This document shows positions 56,606-64,000 of a stretch of DNA of 64,000 nucleotides, piece after piece; the stretch's first letter is position 1; each line of letters opens with the position of its first letter. The notes beneath the pieces are model-generated. The model searched no databases. It was not told where the DNA came from and worked only from the letters and a program-made list of their open reading frames with translations. Origin of the DNA: Savitreella phatthalungensis (Eukaryota); the NCBI GenBank assembly GCA_051599415.1, contig AP039709.1, positions 124,001 to 188,000 of the forward strand, read 5' to 3'. The position numbers were made by a program, and so were the translations under genes.

Positions 56606-57138
56606 CTGTGTGAAGGGAACTCCTCGGACGACAGTAGGTTTGAGGTCGGGCGAGCTTTTGATTCCGAGGGTTGTGGGATCTGGGTGTCTGCAGGTACACC
56701 CAGAAAAACAATTCTGAAAGTGAGCTTGTTCGTGTTAGCAGTGTGTGCAGTAAGTGCAGTCTGAGCAGTAAGTGCAATAAGTGCAGCGTGTGCAGTGTGA
56801 GAGTGCGTATATCCTCCCACTCGGCACCAGAGAGAGAGCGAGCGTAGACAGACTGCTAGAGCGAGAGAGAGCGAGGGAGCGAGAGAGAGTGCCGGTAGGA
56901 AGTGTCAGTCCAGCAGTTCAGAGACCCACAAGGGTTCTCTCGAATGCTTGAACGCTTGAACTTTAGACCGCTCCAACACTTCAACGCCTTTTTCACAGAG
57001 CAGGATGAGAATTGGTTCAAACACTTGACCTTCTGCTGATACTCCTTCCTGGGATCCTTCAACTGGGCTTGATTATTTTCCCTTTTCTGACTCGGAGTAG
57101 ATTGGGAATTCCTTCCAAAAGACTTGTACACTTCTACC

Positions 57139-57182
57139 AGCCTGTGAGTAGCCTGTGAGTAGCCTGTGAGTAGCCTGTGAGT
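57139..57182. repeat. 11-bp tandem repeat (AGCCTGTGAGT)x4
   Basis: Four exact copies. Confidence 0.93.
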
Positions 57183-58287
57183 AAACCCTAGTCAAGAAAC
57201 TCACTGAACCGCAGCGACTCAAACCACTTGGTTGGGTCAAGACGGTCGGTATCGGAGTTGTTGTGCCTTCCACAGCTTCAATTCGGACGGGCCGATCTCT
57301 TAAGGAAATTACTTGAGCCCAAGATGGTCAAAGGCTCCATGCATATCGATGGAAATTCACTGACGCCCGTCGCAAGGGAGTACTGTGAGTAAGACAACAA
57401 GCCCGAGGATATCGGAATTCCATCAGTCGTCCCTATGCGAAGTCTGTGACAAGGGCTCGAAAAGGTTGCCACGTCGCACAGGAGAAGCCTGGGGCTTTGT
57501 GACAGGTCGTGCTCTCGATTCTGGGAGGATTCGTGCACGTGATTGATACACGTTCTTCCAGCCCTATCAGAGCTGGTCACGTGCTCCTTGAAACGTGACC
57601 AGTGATGTGATCACGTGCACTGCAGACTTATTCTATTTATAGCAACACCGACTTATCCGTTCCCCCCAGGTCGCATCCCTCGTGCACGTGCTCATGACAT
57701 GGGTAGTACAGTATATCCTCCCTGACGACTACCTCAAAACGCACATCACCTGGCTCTCCGACGCTCTACTGCTCAAGTCATCGCCAGAGCTATATATCTC
57801 ACGGCCGGAAGCTTGAAGCTGACAAAGCGCTTAATCGCCCAGCAGCTGTCCGATACAAGGAGCTCATAGATACTGTCGGATCTGGCGTCGGCTCCGCCCG
57901 AAGAGCTTTCACTCATCTGTGTTTCTGGTGCGTCCTAGCAGGTCGTCGCCATTGAGCGTCTCAGGCAAACAAGTCCACGGATCAGACAGGACAAGACGTC
58001 TCATTGAGCGAGAGCAAGCGCATGATAACATCACCGTCACCATTACCATCACTCGGCTGAAACGACCTTCGCCGGGAGGGAGGCGCTCTTCGACCCGCTC
58101 GGTTACGAACTGACGTCTCCGGTCATTCGCACGTTAGGTCGTCGTGAGACCGGTGGGGACGCAGCCGAATCGGCCAGCAGGCTGGCACGCACTGTGTCAA
58201 TTTCATACACCTGCCCACATTCCCCTGTAAGCCGTCCATCATCCGCCGTACTCCTCTTCATATAAGCAGCGCGCCTCACTGCCAAGC

Positions 58288-59715
58288 ATGGGTTCGCGCC
58301 GGACGGCCAGTAGCAGCAGCAGCATGACGAACCCGCAGGACATGCTCGAGTACACTGGCTATGTGTCTGAATCGCGGTGCGGTTACTGCGGTAGCCCTAC
58401 AGGCTCGCGCTCCTTTGGCGTCTGGGCACATGCGTTGAGCCCAGGAAGCTACAAGAAACTGATGGACCGTGGTTGGCGACGGAGTGGAAGCTATCTGTAC
58501 AAACCAAACATCGCCCTGGCCTGCTGTGCCCTCTACACCATCAGACTCGACCCTCGAGCATTCAGTGCACACAGGACACAGCGTCATGCCCTCAACAAGT
58601 TCAATAGATTCGTCCTCGGTAAGGAGGCCTATGAGCTTGCGGTCAAGCAGGAGCGCGAATCTGAGCATCGGCCACAGAAACGTCAACGCAAGGACAACGA
58701 GAACGCTTCCTCATTCGACCTCTCATCCGCGGTTCACCTGGCAGAGCAGCATAGCCTAAAGAGCACAGCTCATCGATGGGAGATTTCCCTTGAAGCTGCA
58801 TCGCCGTCCGAAGAGAAGTTCGACGTGTATCTCAAATACCAGGTCGATGTTCATAACGACGACCCTGCAGACGTGACTGCTAAGGGTTTCGACCGATTCC
58901 TATGCCAAAATCCACTCTCGCGCGAACGCATCCCTTACGCTGCTGATAAAGTCTCTGATGATCTTCCGACACACTACGGCGCCTATCATCAGGTGTACAG
59001 GCTCGACGGCACCATCATCGCTCTTGCTGTGATCGACGTCCTGCCAGGGGCTGTCTCGAGCGTCTATTTCGCCTACGATCCAGAGTACGCACACCTATCA
59101 CTTGGCAGGGTCTCAGCCTGCCGGGAGACCCTGCTGGCGCGAGAACTAGATGAGGCGGTGCCTTCGGTCGACTTCCACTACTATATGGGCTACTACATCC
59201 CTGACTGCGCCAAGATGGCGTACAAGGGCGAATACTCGCCATCCTTCCTAGCGGATCCCGTCAGTCTCACCTGGGAACCACTGACCCGATTTGCAGACGC
59301 CTGGAAGAAACATCCCGAGGATCTTCGGGTGACATTCGTCAATGATTATACGTTTCCACCTCGCCAGGCGCAACAACCTGAACGGGACGAGGACGCAGTC
59401 TCCCTGATGACAGGCCTGTTTGATGCGCCATCGATCGACCGGATCGGCCGATCAGTGTGCATCGTGAAGGACCTCGGTAGCGCAGGTCGTGTGGTGACGT
59501 TGTCGCAACTCAACACGATGCTCACCCAATTAGACTCTCGCGAATCGTCTCCCCACGCATCGACTTCGGACAACAGCGCGGACGATGAGGAAGAAGAGCG
59601 AGCACTCGTCCGGCGCAAGCTCAAATCACACATCCGACAAGCCCACCTTCGAATCAGCCAACTGTGGAGAACACTCGGTCATGATATCGCGTCAGCCGCC
59701 TTACTGATCATCTAA
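58288..59715 (+). CDS. ATE1: Arginyl-tRNA--protein transferase
   Basis: CGYC, LMDRGWRRSGSYLYKP..CC..YTIRL, YQVDVH, YGAYHQ.YRLDG, SSVYF.YDP, YYMGYYI..C.KM.YK. Confidence 0.95.
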   Translation: MGSRRTASSSSSMTNPQDMLEYTGYVSESRCGYCGSPTGSRSFGVWAHALSPGSYKKLMDRGWRRSGSYLYKPNIALACCALYTIRLDPRAFSAHRTQRHALNKFNRFVLGKEAYELAVKQERESEHRPQKRQRKDNENASSFDLSSAVHLAEQHSLKSTAHRWEISLEAASPSEEKFDVYLKYQVDVHNDDPADVTAKGFDRFLCQNPLSRERIPYAADKVSDDLPTHYGAYHQVYRLDGTIIALAVIDVLPGAVSSVYFAYDPEYAHLSLGRVSACRETLLARELDEAVPSVDFHYYMGYYIPDCAKMAYKGEYSPSFLADPVSLTWEPLTRFADAWKKHPEDLRVTFVNDYTFPPRQAQQPERDEDAVSLMTGLFDAPSIDRIGRSVCIVKDLGSAGRVVTLSQLNTMLTQLDSRESSPHASTSDNSADDEEEERALVRRKLKSHIRQAHLRISQLWRTLGHDIASAALLII

Positions 59716-59738
59716 GGAAACCACCTCCTACCCGAAAA

Positions 59739-62700
59739 TCACGACCGATCTTTCAGACCACGTAGAAATCGACCGACCTTTGACCTCGCCTTCCTGATAG
59801 CGTTCCCTCCTTTCTTCTTGCCCTTCCAGCCACCTCCATACTGCCTGTGTGAGGATGCGATGGAGGACGAGCCGCGATTTGAGAGGTGCGTGGTTGACGC
59901 GTTCTGATAGATGCTTGTGGTGCTATTGAATTTGGCGGTTGAGTTTGACCTTGCGACCGCTCCTCCCTCGCTCTCAAACAGCTGCCTGTGCGACACCGCC
60001 GTCACAGTACCGTTCAACCGCGCTACCCCACCGCTACTCACCCACCGCCTTCCCTGCAGAACCCCACAGGACATCACACTCCCTGCAGACACAGGCGTCC
60101 CATGCTGCACACGTCGCACACCACCACCACTGCTCGCAGTCCCGTAGGCGTTCACAGCCTCGGCCACCTGCGCAGACAGCGCCTCCATCGGGTCTTCCAC
60201 GGCCGCCCCTGGCGGTGCGGGTGAGCTTGTGAGAGTGGTGAGTAGTGTGCCGACAGACGCTGGCGGCTGTGGTGTAGGCCCGGTGTTTGTGAGGATTGGT
60301 GATTCGGGTGGGCGTGAGGTTCTGGTAGTGTTTGGGAGGAGACGCCATGACTCTCTTGGGAACGGGAGCACGGTGGCTGTGTCTGAGGGTGACGATGATG
60401 GTGACGATTTCGCGGCATCGGTCACAGGTGCTCGCGTGTCCACGCGCATCCCCACAGGAGCTTGTCGGAGCGTGGCGGTCTCGATCGAGAGTCGAGTCTC
60501 CGAAGACGTCCGCGTAACGCTCCGGGCACCAGGGTCCCCCGTACCGCGAGCCCCAACACCGCTATGCAGAGGCGCAGCCACCGACGGATCTATCGATGTG
60601 CGTCGGCGCTTGAGGAGGATGTATCGGTGGTTGACTGGGTGTGAGTGCGGGAGAGCAGGTTGCGGGAATGTTGATGGGATGTCATCGCCCGTAGGCTCGC
60701 ATAGGTCTTTAGAGAGGGTGTAGAGCCAGTCGTTTGGGACTTGGACGAATGTGTCCAGCTTCAGTTTGTCCGGATTGGCGGCAGGGGTCGGGTGGAAGGG
60801 CGGGTGTGGGGACGGCGACGACGGCCGCTTGGGGGCTAGAGGCGGTGGCGTCTTCGGCGAAGCCGAATTGGTCTGTGAGTCTGTGTAGAATGGGGGAGCA
60901 AGTGGTTTGAGCTCACGAGAGAGACGCCGCGGCTGGTTCCTCTGCGTCTTCCGCTTTCCACGAAGCCGCGCTGTCGCCTGGACGACTGAGAACGGATCGA
61001 ATGCGTATGAAGACAGGTCTCGGTCACCGGAGTGAAATGATGGTACATTCTTCTCGTCGTACGTGTCCCGGGTCGGGCTCCCGGCGGCTTGTGAGTTCGT
61101 GTTGTGTGTGGTGGCTGATGATCTGCCGGGGTTTGAGTCCTGCTGGAGGATCGCCACTGCAAGCGTCTCAACGGAAGATGGATCGAAGCTGAGTGACCGA
61201 CTGGCAGCTTCGTCGGGTGTCTCGACGGTATGGGGGAGAGCCGTGGTGAGGACGCTGTCTAGCAACTCGTACGTGCGCCAGTTGATGAGTTGGCGAATGC
61301 GACCGGTCGCCTCGTCTCGGACCTCGAGCGTATGGCGATTGCCGACGGAGGTACCAATGAAATCCTGCAGGTGTACACCGAGGTAGGGCACGACGCGTGA
61401 TGCTGGGACAGGGTTCGGAGGGATTTCGTGGGGCGGAGGCCATGGAGCCCCTGTGTCTGTACTTGCCGCGATCGAATTGGTTTCGAGGTCGTCTTCGTCG
61501 CCGCGGTCTGTGATGAGGGCGCCTTCGAGGGCTGCTCGGTAGACGGCCCAGTTGTTTGATGGCTGTGTGATGGCTGCTAGTCTCGAGAAAGTGGTGAGTG
61601 AGCGTGGGGAGACGGCGGCCCAGGTGTTGCCCAGCCTGGCAATGTAAGAGTGCTGGAGACCAGCGACCACGGCAACCACAGCATCGAGCGATCTCCAACC
61701 AGCCAGCAGCACACATGCATCCACTAGCTTCTCCAGCATACGAGCTCGCTGCGAAGGTCGGCCGCCAGCGAGAACCATCACTGCAGCCCAGTCGGACAGT
61801 CTGTTGTGGAGTGCAATGCTGCGTGCGACCGGGTGGTCGCGCAGGAAGGTTGTGCGGAGGGTGGCTGGAGCGGCGGACGTCCAGATGTGCCGGATAAGAT
61901 CGCGACGCCGGATGCGCAGGTGGCACTCACTCGTTGCCGCATGCAGACTCAGAGCAACGAGGTACGGGGACGCGCCAAGGCATGCTGCTACTTGGGGTTC
62001 CTGCAGCTCGAGTGTGGGCACTCTGTGTGGGGCGGCTGAGTCTACGGCGCTCGGTGCACCACGTGTGTCCTTTGAACGCTCGGGACTGCGGACGGCTTCA
62101 GCTTGGGTGCGGCGTGCGACGGCTGCGCTGACGAGCTCAGAACGCCTGTCTGCGCCGGTGGTTGAGGCGGCCCAGCCGACTTCGAGGTCGATGTTACCGA
62201 GGACAATCCGGCCTGCTAGCTCGCTTGCTTCGTGAGCGTGGTGAATGTAGCCGATTTGGGAAGCCAGACGTCGACGAAGCTTGTGAAGTGCGTGAAAGAT
62301 TGGCCTGTCTGTGAAGTCTTCTGGGTACTCTCTGAGCCAGGTGAGAAAGAGACCACCGAGTGCTTGGCCTCGTGGCCGCACTGGAGACAACTCGAATATG
62401 AATTGCTTCTGGTTGCGCCGATTGTTCGCATCGCTTATCTCGTCCTCGTACCTGGTGGCGAGGGCGCTGAGGAGGGCGGAGGGCGTGCACCAGCGGCGGT
62501 AGAATGTGAGGAACGTGAATTTCGAGAAGGATCCATCTAGGACCTTGTCTAGGGTGACTTGCCACTCAAGTCGAGCTTCTACATCGCGGGGATCGCGATC
62601 GCGATCACGTCGACGGATTGTGGTCTTCCTGCCACCTGGCAGGGCCTGGCGTGCTGAGCTACATAGCTCTGGTGAGGCTGATGTGGGTCTGCGGTTGAGG

Positions 62701-63164
62701 GGTGCTTTGCCGCGACCGAGAGGTGCCTCTTTCTGCTCCTGCAGCTGTTTTTGCCGCTGCTGCTTGAGATTGAGTTGGTGGAGGAGGTAGGAGCTCGAGG
62801 ATGTGGGTCTGGGGACTGTGGCTCTGTGGGTGCGTGCTTTGGCAATGTTGCGGGCGAGTGCGTGGAGTGTTGCTTTGGGTTCCAGCAGGAGCTGAATCGG
62901 GAGATGGGTCGGAAGCACGGAGGTGAGGACGTCGTCGAGCTGGACAACGATGACTCCCTCGACACAGACGACGACATTCTGTCGGACGGGCGGATCAGCC
63001 AGGTTCGCCACTTCCCAGGCAGACAATTCTACTAGGTCGACACCGACCTCGTCTGCGGCCTCGTACAGACCTGCCAGCACGCTGTGAGCCAGTGAGCACT
63101 CATCTAGGATCAATGCTACTTCGGCAGTGTGACGGAATCTGGCAACCCGCGTATGTGGGCTCAT
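59739..63164 (-). CDS. Ras guanine-nucleotide exchange factor (REM + CDC25 domain) with long disordered C-terminus
   Basis: REM-like FLTFYRRWCTP..LL and WLREYPEDF; CDC25 motifs HN.LS.W, I.RL..TW, NW..YR, VPYLGV.L.D, INW. Confidence 0.85.
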   Translation of the reverse strand: MSPHTRVARFRHTAEVALILDECSLAHSVLAGLYEAADEVGVDLVELSAWEVANLADPPVRQNVVVCVEGVIVVQLDDVLTSVLPTHLPIQLLLEPKATLHALARNIAKARTHRATVPRPTSSSSYLLHQLNLKQQRQKQLQEQKEAPLGRGKAPLNRRPTSASPELCSSARQALPGGRKTTIRRRDRDRDPRDVEARLEWQVTLDKVLDGSFSKFTFLTFYRRWCTPSALLSALATRYEDEISDANNRRNQKQFIFELSPVRPRGQALGGLFLTWLREYPEDFTDRPIFHALHKLRRRLASQIGYIHHAHEASELAGRIVLGNIDLEVGWAASTTGADRRSELVSAAVARRTQAEAVRSPERSKDTRGAPSAVDSAAPHRVPTLELQEPQVAACLGASPYLVALSLHAATSECHLRIRRRDLIRHIWTSAAPATLRTTFLRDHPVARSIALHNRLSDWAAVMVLAGGRPSQRARMLEKLVDACVLLAGWRSLDAVVAVVAGLQHSYIARLGNTWAAVSPRSLTTFSRLAAITQPSNNWAVYRAALEGALITDRGDEDDLETNSIAASTDTGAPWPPPHEIPPNPVPASRVVPYLGVHLQDFIGTSVGNRHTLEVRDEATGRIRQLINWRTYELLDSVLTTALPHTVETPDEAASRSLSFDPSSVETLAVAILQQDSNPGRSSATTHNTNSQAAGSPTRDTYDEKNVPSFHSGDRDLSSYAFDPFSVVQATARLRGKRKTQRNQPRRLSRELKPLAPPFYTDSQTNSASPKTPPPLAPKRPSSPSPHPPFHPTPAANPDKLKLDTFVQVPNDWLYTLSKDLCEPTGDDIPSTFPQPALPHSHPVNHRYILLKRRRTSIDPSVAAPLHSGVGARGTGDPGARSVTRTSSETRLSIETATLRQAPVGMRVDTRAPVTDAAKSSPSSSPSDTATVLPFPRESWRLLPNTTRTSRPPESPILTNTGPTPQPPASVGTLLTTLTSSPAPPGAAVEDPMEALSAQVAEAVNAYGTASSGGGVRRVQHGTPVSAGSVMSCGVLQGRRWVSSGGVARLNGTVTAVSHRQLFESEGGAVARSNSTAKFNSTTSIYQNASTTHLSNRGSSSIASSHRQYGGGWKGKKKGGNAIRKARSKVGRFLRGLKDRS

Positions 63165-63543
63165 CCGCGACCGTCAAGCAGAGCGAACTGGTCAGTCGGG
63201 CTTCCTTTTGAAAGAGTGAGAGTGAGGTGAGAGAGAGCGTGAGTGGGACATGATGACTGTGTATGGTTGTTGGGGAGCGAGAGTAGTAGAAGTTGTAGGA
63301 AGCCACATGGGAGAAGGAGATGTGAAGTGCAAGGGCTAGAAGAAGGCGGCTTCTCAGGAATGCTGCGTGGGAAATAACACGAGAGGCACAGGAGGAGAGT
63401 ATGGTAGCAGACGCGTGTCGGTCACGCTGGCGCATGGGTATATACATATCGCCTGGAGTAAAAGCAGTCCTTGTAGAAGGACAAGTACGGTCGGGTTGAC
63501 TCGGCTATAGACATGCTTATTGGTAATCTACAATGGTTGTGTT

Positions 63544-64000
63544 TTAGCGACGAGCTCGCTTCCGTAGCCTGGTATTGACACTACCTGAGTCCTCCTGTTC
63601 CTGTTTGTGATGCGGTCGTACAGGAGTTTGGATCGGGGTTGCGGCAGATTGACGTGATGGCCTGCGGGTGGATGACGTTGGGGCGACCATATCGCCACGG
63701 ATGCTCTCGAGCATGGAGACTTCCGAAGAACGTGTCTTGCGCTTGAGCGAGCTGACTGAGACTGGGGTCTTTGTCGGGGTCGCTTCTGCTGCTGCTGACG
63801 CGCGAGTCGTAGATCGTCGCGTGGACGATAGAGGTACCGACGGTGGTACTGGAGGTGTAGGTCTCGCGCGGGTGGATCGTGGTGACTCTACTTGCTTTGC
63901 GACAGTGGCGACGACGCTTGATGGAGCTCCCTTGCGACGGGTGACCCGTGTCGAATCAATTTCTTGCGCACTTGCCGCTGCCACGGGCGTCTCATCTTTG
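63544..64000 (-). CDS. C-terminal Ser/Thr/Arg-rich end of an unidentified gene (5' part outside window)
   Basis: Frame is open from the window edge to the stop at 63544. Basic, low complexity. Confidence 0.55.
   Translation of the reverse strand, partial: KDETPVAAASAQEIDSTRVTRRKGAPSSVVATVAKQVESPRSTRARPTPPVPPSVPLSSTRRSTTRASAAAEATPTKTPVSVSSLKRKTRSSEVSMLESIRGDMVAPTSSTRRPSRQSAATPIQTPVRPHHKQEQEDSGSVNTRLRKRARR

Noticed and set aside
57694..58113. Short ORFs upstream of ATE1
   Set aside because: Short, with no recognisable motifs or consistent splice structure.

Overview
Gene-dense fungal nuclear DNA with few, short GT-AG introns whose CTGAC branch points lie close to the acceptor. A Taphrinomycotina-like yeast is inferred from the S. 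pombe-type calcipressin motif NWLISPPGSPPVGW; this is not proven. The window opens with a head-to-tail array of at least four divergent subtilisin (S8) proteases, secreted where the N-terminus is visible, that share an unrecognised C-terminal domain. Mostly conserved genes follow: DUF2434-like membrane protein, metallophosphoesterase, ORC4, RING-CH ligase, ATP5, TMEM256, DPL1, IME2-like kinase, NFU1, RDS2/AcuM, BOR1, RCN1, OPI3, SPO22/ZIP4, AhpD-like protein, RVB1, BDF1, DDP1-like Nudix, ATE1 and a RasGEF. The most notable items are: (1) the protease array; (2) a 1168-aa secreted protein with a long Asn/Gly/Leu repeat (amyloid or solenoid candidate); (3) AT-rich intergenic islands marked by a recurrent TTTGTRYGASGTC motif, one bracketed by a perfect 17-bp inverted repeat; (4) CACGTG in most promoters; (5) a triple-frameshifted Rv2258c-like methyltransferase. 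No rRNA, tRNA, CRISPR array or autonomous transposon was recognised. All family calls come from motif recognition by eye, not from database searches.
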